Both the position numbers and the translations under genes were made by a program. Of a stretch of 64,000 nt of DNA, positions 55,203 to 63,303 are shown piece after piece. The notes under the pieces were generated by a model. It was not told where the DNA came from. It made no database searches and was given only the letters and a program-made list of their open reading frames with translations. The stretch is from IMG/VR virus record IMGVR_UViG_3300048074_000120, positions 96,001 to 160,000 of that record. One strand, written 5' to 3'. The stretch comes from a virus. Position 1 is the first letter of the stretch; every line of letters begins with the position of its first letter.

Positions 55203-55298
55203 TTACTTGAGTGGAGTTTGCTGCCACTTGAGCCTTTTAGCCAGGCGCCGTTCGAACTTGCGGGCCTCCCGGCGCTCTTTGCGGGTGAAGGTGGTCAT
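55203..55298 (-). CDS. 31-aa basic peptide (absent from ORF track), paralog of next gene's N-terminus
   Basis: MTTFTRKERREARKFERRLAKRLKWQQTPLK; ATG overlaps upstream TGA. Confidence 0.55.
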   Translation of the reverse strand: MTTFTRKERREARKFERRLAKRLKWQQTPLK

Positions 55299-55483
55299 GG
55301 CAGCTTGGCACCCATGAGGTCCTTTTCCTTCAATCTCCCAGAATCAAGGAGAGCTTTAGCCCACGCCCCATCCACCATAAGGTCTGTGCCAGGGATGTGG
55401 ACGAAGGCCCTTGCTGGATTGCGTGCCAGCCTACGTTCGAGTGCTCTGGCTGCCTTGCGTTCTTTGCGGGTGAACTTAGCCAT
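55295..55483 (-). CDS. 62-aa basic protein
   Basis: MAKFTRKERKAARALERRLARNP.. Confidence 0.65.
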   Translation of the reverse strand: MAKFTRKERKAARALERRLARNPARAFVHIPGTDLMVDGAWAKALLDSGRLKEKDLMGAKLP

Positions 55484-55661
55484 GGCCGCACCTAAGAGAG
55501 ATTACGTCTTTCATTTTGGGGTGCCTCGGAGCCAAAAGTGCTGTTTGGGTGCTGGTTTGTACTTGGTAATGGTCACCGTCATTGTGGCATCCGAGATGTC
55601 CTTGTACTCCCCATGCCGGATGAACGAGGCAGATACCGAAGTTCCTCTCAGCTTGATTCAT
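55476..55661 (-). CDS. Small ORF, frame uncertain
   Basis: Fills gap between co-oriented genes. Confidence 0.3.
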   Translation of the reverse strand: MNQAERNFGICLVHPAWGVQGHLGCHNDGDHYQVQTSTQTALLAPRHPKMKDVISLRCGHG

Positions 55662-55863
55662 GAAGCACCTCAGGGTTGGCTATGTGGGCTTTCAAGTCAC
55701 AGAACTCGTGGCCACAGGGGCATTGAAAACGAGGAAGGTCGAATTTCATCCAGTGCATGAATGCCTCGGCCCCTACGATTGGAGCATCGGGATACTCCTT
55801 GGTCTGTTTGTGGCAGCCGTTGCACTCAATGATGACGTGGTCGATGATGATTTGATTAGCCAT
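55648..55863 (-). CDS. Small Zn-ribbon protein
   Basis: CNGC..CPCG..C; ATG 55863. Confidence 0.6.
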   Translation of the reverse strand: MANQIIIDHVIIECNGCHKQTKEYPDAPIVGAEAFMHWMKFDLPRFQCPCGHEFCDLKAHIANPEVLHESS

Positions 55864-56131
55864 GACGAAGCTTCTTTGCTGAGAGTACGAGCCTAGACTG
55901 CTCCAGGTTGGTTTTGTCGAAGTACTGGTCCTTATCCCACTGTGTCTCGAGTAAACCAAGCTTACGGGCAAGGCCATACCTAGCGAAACGCCCAAGATTG
56001 AGCATACCTTCCAGCGTATCAGGGCTGTTCTCTATGGTCAGGTGTGCCTTCAGATGGAGCTCGAACCTGGTCTCCATGTCGCGGGCAATAGCGTCCTCTT
56101 CAGTCCTTCGACGCCGATTCTTCGCAGTCAC
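55856..56131 (-). CDS. Hypothetical protein
   Basis: Co-oriented, helical. Confidence 0.6.
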   Translation of the reverse strand: MTAKNRRRRTEEDAIARDMETRFELHLKAHLTIENSPDTLEGMLNLGRFARYGLARKLGLLETQWDKDQYFDKTNLEQSRLVLSAKKLRHG

Positions 56132-56265
56132 AGAAAGCCTTCACGGGTAGCGGCCATGGTCATTGTGATAGGCGACCCTCGGTAGAGGATCCCCGCTTGG
56201 GGGCAAGAGCAGCAATGTCCTCAGGGTAAACCTGCCGTGCTAATTTTCCGCGGGCTCTGGCTACT

Positions 56266-56982
56266 TTAGTCAGTGCCTTCAATACTGGCAGGGGCTGGTT
56301 TGAGAATTCTGCATTCGAAGGGTAGATCATCAATATCCTCCGGGGGCATCTCCCTCAACGTCTTTCGCTGATCTGCATCCCAATCAAAGCCATGGAAGTA
56401 CGTCAAGTCCTTCTGGGCTTTGGTGGTGAGAGCTTCCACAAGCGCCCGTGGGCGCATGGCTTGCTCGAGCAAATGCTCAAGGTCTGTGCCAGTTTCAGCA
56501 ACCCGGGTGAACAGCCTCGCCAGGATGTCACTGTCAGTAAGCGCGCGGTGCGCCCCAACTACAGGAACCCCATGGGCCAAAGCCAAAGCCACCAAGTTGC
56601 GGTTAGCAATCTTTCTTGGCCACTTGATGTGGCGCATGGAGCAGATCCAAGGAAGCCTATCCCAGTCAAAGCCCCAGTAGTCTTCCTTCTTCACGAAATC
56701 GTAGTCGAACTGGGCACTATGCGCGACAATGGCATCAGCATTCATCTGCATCTCGTCTAGTACGGCACAGGTTGTACCAAGCGATACTGACTGCTTGAGG
56801 AGCAATGGTGAGATGCCATTGAAGGCAGCGGACTCGTTCTCTACGCCGGGAACAAGGCCTGCATACGTGGCGATGGGAGCATGCTGCTCAATGCTGTAGA
56901 GGATAGCCGCTACCTCAACGATGTGATGGTCCCTCTTGTTCACGCCTGTGGTTTCAGTATCTAGGAGGAGTATGCGTTTCAT
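56266..56982 (-). CDS. DEDDh 3'-5' exonuclease (DnaQ-like)
   Basis: LLDTETTG, VAHSAQFD, AHRALTD. Confidence 0.9.
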   Translation of the reverse strand: MKRILLLDTETTGVNKRDHHIVEVAAILYSIEQHAPIATYAGLVPGVENESAAFNGISPLLLKQSVSLGTTCAVLDEMQMNADAIVAHSAQFDYDFVKKEDYWGFDWDRLPWICSMRHIKWPRKIANRNLVALALAHGVPVVGAHRALTDSDILARLFTRVAETGTDLEHLLEQAMRPRALVEALTTKAQKDLTYFHGFDWDADQRKTLREMPPEDIDDLPFECRILKPAPASIEGTD

Positions 56983-57281
56983 GTTCTTTTCTCTGGTGGG
57001 ATGTTGCCATTGTCCACGGCTTCTTTCACTTGTTTTTCCGCAGCTTCAATGAGGCCAATGCCCGTGATCCAGAAGGGTCGCACGTTATTGACGGCCCAGT
57101 CCTGCAGTTCATCACGTTGCATGTCAGTCAAGTTGTCGAAGTTGTAGCCCTTGACGAACTTTGGAGGACGCTTACCCGTCATAGCCTCGAGCACTTTGCG
57201 GATAGGGTTCTTCGGTATATCAAGGTAGAGCTTGGGTGGGTTCATAAAGGAAAACACCAATTGATTTTCGTTGTGCGGCAC
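56979..57281 (-). CDS. Hypothetical protein (start may be ATG 57245)
   Basis: Coupled ORF. Confidence 0.6.
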   Translation of the reverse strand: MPHNENQLVFSFMNPPKLYLDIPKNPIRKVLEAMTGKRPPKFVKGYNFDNLTDMQRDELQDWAVNNVRPFWITGIGLIEAAEKQVKEAVDNGNIPPEKRT

Positions 57282-57502
57282 GCAGCGCGCTTTTCCTTTG
57301 CTTGCGTAGTCTTCGACGCTCGCTTGAATGCATTCTCCGCCTCCTCGTAAGTGCTGCCCGTTGCGTCCATGTAAATTCGAATGTAGGGATACTCAGGCCG
57401 CATTGTTCTTTCAACTGAGACCGCCTGCTCTGTAGGGGTTCTGCCTTGCAAAAGCTTTCCAAGTGGCCTGCACAAGTTCTTGAAGAATTTTGCAATGGAC
57501 AT
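57242..57502 (-). CDS. Hypothetical protein
   Basis: Co-oriented. Confidence 0.5.
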   Translation of the reverse strand: MSIAKFFKNLCRPLGKLLQGRTPTEQAVSVERTMRPEYPYIRIYMDATGSTYEEAENAFKRASKTTQAKEKRAACRTTKINWCFPL

Positions 57503-57510
57503 CTGAACAC

Positions 57511-57900
57511 CTACTCGCTTCCGTCTCTGCTCTGAAGTCGAATGAACTTCCGTGGGCGTGGGGGTTGAGGCTTGACGTCGTCTTCCACCACACGCCTGCC
57601 CAAGAATACCTCAGCTCGCCTGAATATCTCAGGACGGTTGATGACCTCATCGCAGGTGCGCCAATTTCCCTTCTCAAGGCCCTTGGCGCAGTTCAGCAGG
57701 TCTTGGATGAGCTGTCGTGTTTCATCGGCGCCCCATCCTTCCTTGACAAGCTCAGCGACAGCGCGGGCAAGCTTGATCTCAGAGTCCGAGGTTGTATTCA
57801 TCGTGGGGTTCTTCAAGTGAAGTGCCACGTCGGAGCACTTACCATCCCACCAGGTTTTAGCTGCTTGCAGCACTCGGCGTTGCAGGAGATGCTTTCTCAT
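57511..57900 (-). CDS. Hypothetical protein
   Basis: ATG overlaps upstream stop. Confidence 0.55.
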   Translation of the reverse strand: MRKHLLQRRVLQAAKTWWDGKCSDVALHLKNPTMNTTSDSEIKLARAVAELVKEGWGADETRQLIQDLLNCAKGLEKGNWRTCDEVINRPEIFRRAEVFLGRRVVEDDVKPQPPRPRKFIRLQSRDGSE

Positions 57901-58634
57901 GGATTTCGTCTCACTTCCATGGCCCGAATCACTTCAGGGCACAGGTAAGGGTTCTCGGCACAGGCGGTCACTTCAAGTTCAGCCAGCGCCGCTTCTTTAT
58001 CCTTCTGGTCATTGCCACCATGGCCCCAGCTCGACTCGATGTACTTTCCTATTGGGTGCGAATATTGGTGGTGCCTTGTTCGCACGGCGGCCGAGATGCT
58101 TGCCTCTTGTGTGATGCCATACTTCAGAAAGCTGTGGCAGTGAACATACATGGCGCCTGTGTCCTGCCGTATTCGCTGCGTATCCAAGTGGTATTTATAC
58201 ACGGCGTAAAGCCTGCGCCTTTCGAGCTTCTGAAGGAACTTCTCCCAGCGACGTGTTGCTGAAAGCTTTGAGCAGTGAGCCACACAAATGAGCTCGCTAC
58301 TCCACTCAGTGTCCCACTCGTCATACTCGTAAGAGCATCGATAGCTGTAGGGCTCACTGATGGCCACTTGGAAGGGTTGGCCTGGGGCGATACCCATCTC
58401 CACTGCCCAGTAGAGCCAGCTGTATTGTAGCTCAAGGCGCTCAGCGACAGGGACGTAGTGCGAGCCATAGCCAAGCCCGAGCATCGTCCCTAAATCGTTC
58501 TCAACAGTATCCCACCACTCAGGGGGCGTGCCGATAGCGGGGACCGCGCATAGCCTTGGCACAAGGTCATGACACCCAGATGCATGCAACCAATACCATA
58601 CGCGGACTTCCCCTGGAAAAAACAGATTGTAGAG
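57897..58634 (-). CDS. Hypothetical protein, aromatic-rich, start uncertain
   Basis: Protein-like part lies downstream of the acidic-tail gene; upstream part of the tracked ORF is a shadow frame. Confidence 0.55.
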   Translation of the reverse strand, partial: LYNLFFPGEVRVWYWLHASGCHDLVPRLCAVPAIGTPPEWWDTVENDLGTMLGLGYGSHYVPVAERLELQYSWLYWAVEMGIAPGQPFQVAISEPYSYRCSYEYDEWDTEWSSELICVAHCSKLSATRRWEKFLQKLERRRLYAVYKYHLDTQRIRQDTGAMYVHCHSFLKYGITQEASISAAVRTRHHQYSHPIGKYIESSWGHGGNDQKDKEAALAELEVTACAENPYLCPEVIRAMEVRRNP

Positions 58635-58635
58635 G

Positions 58636-58902
58636 CTACTCTTCTTCCTCGTCTTCCTCCGTATCCTCTTCGTCTTCCTCATCGTCCTCTTCTTCATCGT
58701 AGTCCTCGTCTTCGTCATCAGCGACCTCATCGATGGATACGAGGCTTTCCACGGACACATTCCAGCCGGCGGCTTCAAGGGCTTTGACTTGCGCCGAGCT
58801 TTGCTCCTCAATTTTATCGTCAGAGGCTTCATCATCAACGCTGTCAACGCCCTCGATCTCGAGGATCCGCTGAACCATGTACGTGGCAGAAATTCTTAGC
58901 AT
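58636..58902 (-). CDS. Small protein with long Asp/Glu tail
   Basis: Ends DDEDEDYDEEEDDEEDEEDTEEDEEEE. Confidence 0.7.
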   Translation of the reverse strand: MLRISATYMVQRILEIEGVDSVDDEASDDKIEEQSSAQVKALEAAGWNVSVESLVSIDEVADDEDEDYDEEEDDEEDEEDTEEDEEEE

Positions 58903-58904
58903 GC

Positions 58905-59708
58905 TTAGTCCTTTGGCCTTTGCCTAGTAGTTCCCAGCGTAATGCCAGCGGCTACCCCGGGCTTGTTCTTGTCGCGCTCGTACGCGTACACGTTGCCGTT
59001 CTTGGTGAAGATGCCACATTCGCCGCAGTCAAAAGCTTTTGCGGCAAGTGCGTCTTCCTCTTCGTCGAATGCATCTAGCAAGTCGAGCTTCGTCTTGCTA
59101 TGCACGGACTCTGCCCACTCTCCACAGCGTGGGCAGTATTGGCCGTCAGTAGCCCAGTCTGTTGTGATCGAGGCCTCGAACTGCACGATGGTGCCTGCGT
59201 CGTACCTGCGCTGGATCACAGCCTTAGGCATGTTGCGCAGTTGAGTAGGGGCTGTGCTGTATTGAAGCCTCGAGCGAATGGCTTGCATGCGGTCGTTGTG
59301 CGCCGCCACAAGAAAGTCGTGGTCAATGGAAAGCGTAGCCAGGTGCTCAATGGCCGCATCGATGCCGCGTTCAAGCTCGCCGTCGGTTAGCTCCACTGAT
59401 TTATGTGAGTCTGCGGGTAGATCTCCTTCAGCTAAATTCAAAGCACGCGACAACAGCCACAGCGGCGCCGCAGCTGGTCCAAAGAACTTTGGTCCACTGA
59501 GAAAGACCAAAGCCTTGTCGTAGGCTGCCAGAAGCAGCTTGGTGTATGAGTTTTGGCCAGGCTGAATAGGCCTGGTGCCAACACAAATGGGGAAGCGCGT
59601 GCAGCCGTAAAAGGCGCCGCGACCCACATAACTGCGCTCAACCATGGGCACACCACACTCAGGGCACCTGATGTGGTCTATTGGCTGAGGCCTACGCTTG
59701 TAAGCCAT
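58905..59708 (-). CDS. Protein with topoisomerase C4-type Zn finger and a second Zn ribbon
   Basis: CPECGVPMVER..FYGCTRFPIC..TRPI; CPRC..CGEC. Confidence 0.75.
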   Translation of the reverse strand: MAYKRRPQPIDHIRCPECGVPMVERSYVGRGAFYGCTRFPICVGTRPIQPGQNSYTKLLLAAYDKALVFLSGPKFFGPAAAPLWLLSRALNLAEGDLPADSHKSVELTDGELERGIDAAIEHLATLSIDHDFLVAAHNDRMQAIRSRLQYSTAPTQLRNMPKAVIQRRYDAGTIVQFEASITTDWATDGQYCPRCGEWAESVHSKTKLDLLDAFDEEEDALAAKAFDCGECGIFTKNGNVYAYERDKNKPGVAAGITLGTTRQRPKD

Positions 59709-59721
59709 CTGTTGCTATCAA

Positions 59722-60042
59722 CTAGTGCGTGGACTGTAGCTCGTAGGGGACTACGCCATCGTTCTCTTCAAGCTCGATGGCTCGTTGAACAACCTGCGTT
59801 GGAAGCCCAGAGGGCCAGCTGAGTGCGCCGAGTTGTTCAAGCTCTCGGACTACGCCCAAGAGATCTCTGTACGTGGCCACAGCCCCTTTGTGATCTCCAG
59901 CAAGCTTGAGCTGCATGCCTGTCTGTTGCAGATGTTGTGCCCGCTCAACGAGTACGGATATTTCCTCTAGGCTAGCCCCAAATCGAAGTACCCGTCGTCC
60001 AGAAGTTGCTCGGTTGCCCAACATGCAATCAGTAATAGACAT
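59722..60042 (-). CDS. Helical hypothetical protein, start uncertain
   Basis: Protein-like C-terminal 95 aa. Confidence 0.5.
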   Translation of the reverse strand: MSITDCMLGNRATSGRRVLRFGASLEEISVLVERAQHLQQTGMQLKLAGDHKGAVATYRDLLGVVRELEQLGALSWPSGLPTQVVQRAIELEENDGVVPYELQSTH

Positions 60043-60073
60043 AGAACACCTGAGATGAGTTTGAGAATATTCT

Positions 60074-60250
60074 TCACGATGTGTGCACTCCAGGGAATTT
60101 TGGTAGAGGTGGCGCGCCGGGGATTGCAATCGATGAATCGCCGGGTGGCGGGTATGACGACGTAGGGGGATCGCAGGGGAGGGTGTCTCTGAGTTCTTGC
60201 GTGCCTGCCAATAACTGCCTGTCACTAGAACTAGTATTCCGTGTCTCCAT
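60074..60250 (-). CDS. 58-aa Pro-rich ORF (absent from ORF track)
   Basis: GAGGA SD; METRNTSSSDRQLLAGTQELRDTLPCDPP.. Confidence 0.3.
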   Translation of the reverse strand: METRNTSSSDRQLLAGTQELRDTLPCDPPTSSYPPPGDSSIAIPGAPPLPKFPGVHTS

Positions 60251-60572
60251 CTGATCCTCGAATCACGTAGGCGTCAGCCAACTCCTTTGCTTGTGAAAGC
60301 AAGGTGAGTGTAGCCTCTCGACCCATGCAAAGTTGATAGTTCACAATCACGGCCTTTTGCACGAGGCGTATTGCCGCAAGTTGAACTACTGATGGCTCCA
60401 AGTTCGAACAGAGGAGCTCCATTATCCGTTGTGATAGGTCGAGAGTCCCGTCTTCCCGTACGTCGTCCGCTGCGGATTTGCGCTCCCATTGCGCAGGTTT
60501 CGGATCTACGAGGTCGCCCATTAGTTTCCTTATGCCACAAAAGTCCCCAACTATGCATGCTTGCATGTCCAC
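60231..60572 (-). CDS. Hypothetical protein
   Basis: Helical C-terminal half. Confidence 0.55.
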   Translation of the reverse strand: MDMQACIVGDFCGIRKLMGDLVDPKPAQWERKSAADDVREDGTLDLSQRIMELLCSNLEPSVVQLAAIRLVQKAVIVNYQLCMGREATLTLLSQAKELADAYVIRGSDGDTEY

Positions 60573-60637
60573 TGGATGGGCGTTCCGATCTCTTATGCAT
60601 ACGTACGGGGCGTAGACCTCGAAGTCTATCAGAGTTG

Positions 60638-60664
60638 CAAGCGATTTGAAAAGTCAGGGATAAG
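60638..60664 (+). promoter_or_regulatory. Repeated promoter motif, copy 13
   Basis: CAAGCGATTTGAAAAGT-CAGGGATAAG, then AGAAGGAGG and ATG. Confidence 0.75.
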
Positions 60665-60685
60665 AATTACGAGAAGGAGGCGACA

Positions 60686-60943
60686 ATGATTAGAGTTTTC
60701 GATGTTGATGAGCCAACCACAGAGATAGAACTACATCCGGACACCGTCGTGCGAACGATTGACATCAAGCACTACCTCACGACAGGTATACTTCGCTTCA
60801 TCGGTGAACCAAAGCCAGCTCAACAGGTTGCGCTGAGCGACGCCATGGTGGTTGAGACCGGGTTCGAGGAAGACCACGGCGCCACCGTGGTGATTCGAGT
60901 GGCTTCGAGAGAGGAACGCGGACGCTTAGCGCGCATGCACTGA
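60686..60943 (+). CDS. Hypothetical protein
   Basis: Promoter, SD and terminator all present. Confidence 0.7.
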   Translation: MIRVFDVDEPTTEIELHPDTVVRTIDIKHYLTTGILRFIGEPKPAQQVALSDAMVVETGFEEDHGATVVIRVASREERGRLARMH

Positions 60944-60954
60944 TCGTAAGGATG

Positions 60955-60985
60955 AACTGGCCCTGCCGGTTTTTCCTTAGCCCCT
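60955..60985 (+). terminator. Intrinsic terminator with TTAGCCCC tail
   Basis: AACTGG-CCCTG-CCGGTT-TTTCCTTAGCCCCT. Confidence 0.6.
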
Positions 60986-61012
60986 CAATTGCGCTTCAAA
61001 GTACGGGATAAG
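60986..61012 (+). promoter_or_regulatory. Repeated promoter motif, copy 14
   Basis: CAATTGCGCTTCAAAGT-ACGGGATAAG, then AGAAGGAG and ATG 61033. Confidence 0.7.
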
Positions 61013-61032
61013 TACTTCAGAAGGAGTTCTGT

Positions 61033-62355
61033 ATGAAAGTACTTCAAAGACGCCCGTACCAAGTCAAGGCTGCCAACAGGGCAATGACATCAAGAAAGAA
61101 ACGAGTACTAATCGTATCCCCTGGAGCCTCCGGGAAAACAGTTATTGCAGCCCTAATTGTCAGCAAAGCTAGACGTAGCGGTAAGCGTGTACTGTTGCTA
61201 TCTCATCGCAGGGAAATAGTCAGACAAACCATCAATACGCTAAAAGGCAGACATGCCGTGGGAACTATCCTGACCGGGGAAGCACCAGACGCTAGTGCAC
61301 CAGTACAGGTCGCTTCCATACACACGCTAGTTCGAAGAAAGTTACTGAAAGCAGATGTTGTGATCGTAGATGAAGCGCACAGGGCGGTTACACCGACATA
61401 CAACAGAGTGCTACTTCACTACGAGCAATGCGGTGCCAGAATTATTGGGCTATCTGCCACACCATACCGACTCGATGGTGTGGGTATGAGTGCTCGGTTT
61501 GATATCATGTTTGAGGCGGCAAAGCCCAGCCAGCTACTTGGAAAATACATAATGAAGCCGGTAGTGTACTCGGCTCCACCGGAGCACTTACCAAACTTGG
61601 TTGGCATGAATTACAAAGGGCATGACTATCAGCAGAAGGCTTTAGTCAAACGCGTAAACAAACATGGCCTAGTAGGCGGAATCGTAAAAACGGCCAAGAA
61701 GCACCTTGGCAAGAGAACCACCGTCGTATTTTGTGTTTCAATTCAACACAGTAAATCAGTAGTGTCCAGGCTGGCAAAAGCTGGGTACACAGCCGCCCAC
61801 ATTGATGCAAACACCAAAACAAAAGAACGCGAACGCATACTTGAGGCAGTACGCACCAGGCAGATTCAAATCATCTCTTGTTGCGTGCTGCTAAGCGAAG
61901 GATGGGATCTACCCGATTGTGAAGCAATCGTGATGGCTAGGCCCACCAGAAGTTTAGCTTTATACATACAGATGGCCAACCGCGGAGCTCGCATGAGCAA
62001 GCGGCGCCCCCTGATACTAGACCACGCGTGCAATACCATAACCCATGGTTTTTCTTGGATCGATAGAAACTGGAGCCTCAACGGTAAATCCATCACCACG
62101 CTTGGAAGTAAGATACACGTGGTTGTGTGCCCGCATTGCGGACGTGTAAATGGTTTGTCGGCAAGGAAGTGCGCCAGTTGCGGGCAGCCGTTGCCTAAAC
62201 GTACCAGAACCGCATCAGAGCAAAAGGCACTTGAACTTGTTCGCTACTCAGCAAAAGAGAAAAAGAAACGCAGGAAACTCATAGAAGCCTTCGCGAGAAA
62301 ACGAGGATTTAGCAAGGACTGGATAGAGCAAGTTTACCAACTCTGGCAGATATGA
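61033..62355 (+). CDS. SF2 DEAH-box helicase (RadD/YejH-like) with C-terminal Zn ribbon
   Basis: PGASGKT, IVDEAH, GLSATP, VFCVS..H, LSEGWD, QMANRGAR; CPHC..CASC. Confidence 0.9.
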   Translation: MKVLQRRPYQVKAANRAMTSRKKRVLIVSPGASGKTVIAALIVSKARRSGKRVLLLSHRREIVRQTINTLKGRHAVGTILTGEAPDASAPVQVASIHTLVRRKLLKADVVIVDEAHRAVTPTYNRVLLHYEQCGARIIGLSATPYRLDGVGMSARFDIMFEAAKPSQLLGKYIMKPVVYSAPPEHLPNLVGMNYKGHDYQQKALVKRVNKHGLVGGIVKTAKKHLGKRTTVVFCVSIQHSKSVVSRLAKAGYTAAHIDANTKTKERERILEAVRTRQIQIISCCVLLSEGWDLPDCEAIVMARPTRSLALYIQMANRGARMSKRRPLILDHACNTITHGFSWIDRNWSLNGKSITTLGSKIHVVVCPHCGRVNGLSARKCASCGQPLPKRTRTASEQKALELVRYSAKEKKKRRKLIEAFARKRGFSKDWIEQVYQLWQI

Positions 62356-62356
62356 C

Positions 62357-63253
62357 ATGAAGAAGTACAGAGATTGGTCTAAATTGACTCTGAGGCAAGG
62401 GCACCGTAGTGGCCATCTAGTTGTCATTGATGGAAAACCGAAGCTAGTAAACCCTAACAGTAAGCAGTACAGCTACAAGGTGCTGTGCCTCTGTGAGGGT
62501 TGTGGCAAAGTGGTGGCTTTACGTCCATACAGACTACTAGGGGACAAGTCTGCTCGAAGCTGTGGCTGTAAACGTAAACCCCTAAAGCCGTTGATAGCTA
62601 CTCCGGCAAGATACAAGTTAGTGAGACGTAGACCAGATCTGGGTAGGCATTACGTTGATATAGTTTGTAAGAGGTGCCACAAAGCGTCAACAATCAACCT
62701 TGCGATAGAACAAAAAATGAGGAGGACTCTAGGGGAGTGTCCCCTTTGCTATCAAAAATACATATGCAATGGAGATCTGTATTCCATCAGGGACTTGATG
62801 AAGCTGACTAACCTCAGCAAGCCAGGTGTGATGGGCCGTATCAACGCCGGCGTCAGCATTGCAACTCTTCTCGAGGAAGGGAGAATAAAGAAAGAACACA
62901 AACTTCACATGCGTGATCTGACAGAAGGAAGTCTAACTCCCTCCGGAGCATTTCTGGTGCTGAAAGTAGCAGTAAAGAAAACCAGGCATGCCGTACTGCA
63001 CTTGGTTCAGTGCACCACATGTGGAAGAAGGCACACACTGGATAGTAGATCTCTATCCCGAAGCAGAAAGGGTTGCATAACGTGCGCGCACGGGTTCCAC
63101 GCCCAAGTGGCAGGGGAGCCCTTATCCCTAAGGGAGTTATGCGAACTATTTTCTGTATGGAGGTGCAGACTGCATGGCGTAAAGGATAAGTTGAGCACCA
63201 TCTTGGCCATAAGACGCCAAGAACATGCCACCTTCAAGCCTTGTAAAAGCTAG
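62357..63253 (+). CDS. Multi-Zn-finger basic protein related to homing-endonuclease DNA-binding arms; no nuclease motif seen
   Basis: GHLVVI..CLCEGCG..RSCGC repeats, several CxxC, two short HTH-like segments. Confidence 0.6.
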   Translation: MKKYRDWSKLTLRQGHRSGHLVVIDGKPKLVNPNSKQYSYKVLCLCEGCGKVVALRPYRLLGDKSARSCGCKRKPLKPLIATPARYKLVRRRPDLGRHYVDIVCKRCHKASTINLAIEQKMRRTLGECPLCYQKYICNGDLYSIRDLMKLTNLSKPGVMGRINAGVSIATLLEEGRIKKEHKLHMRDLTEGSLTPSGAFLVLKVAVKKTRHAVLHLVQCTTCGRRHTLDSRSLSRSRKGCITCAHGFHAQVAGEPLSLRELCELFSVWRCRLHGVKDKLSTILAIRRQEHATFKPCKS

Positions 63254-63267
63254 TCAGGGCACCATGG

Positions 63268-63303
63268 GAAGGGCCATTGAGTAATGGCCCTTCTTTTAGC
63301 CCT
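63268..63303 (+). terminator. Bidirectional terminator with TTAGCCCC tail
   Basis: GAAGGGCCATT-GAGT-AATGGCCCTTC-TTTTAGCCCC. Confidence 0.8.

Noticed and set aside
57897-58847. 316-aa ORF as given in the track
   Set aside because: Its first 70 residues are the shifted frame of the acidic-tail gene 58636-58902
46717-62355. Inteins or group I introns in ligase, exonuclease or helicase
   Set aside because: Motif spacing is normal and no splice-junction residues or internal endonuclease are seen; the HNH genes are free-standing
13996-63303. Repeats as a CRISPR array or integron attC sites
   Set aside because: Spacing is irregular (0.3-19 kb) with whole genes between copies; no RYYYAAC/GTTRRRY ends; no integrase or cas gene in the window
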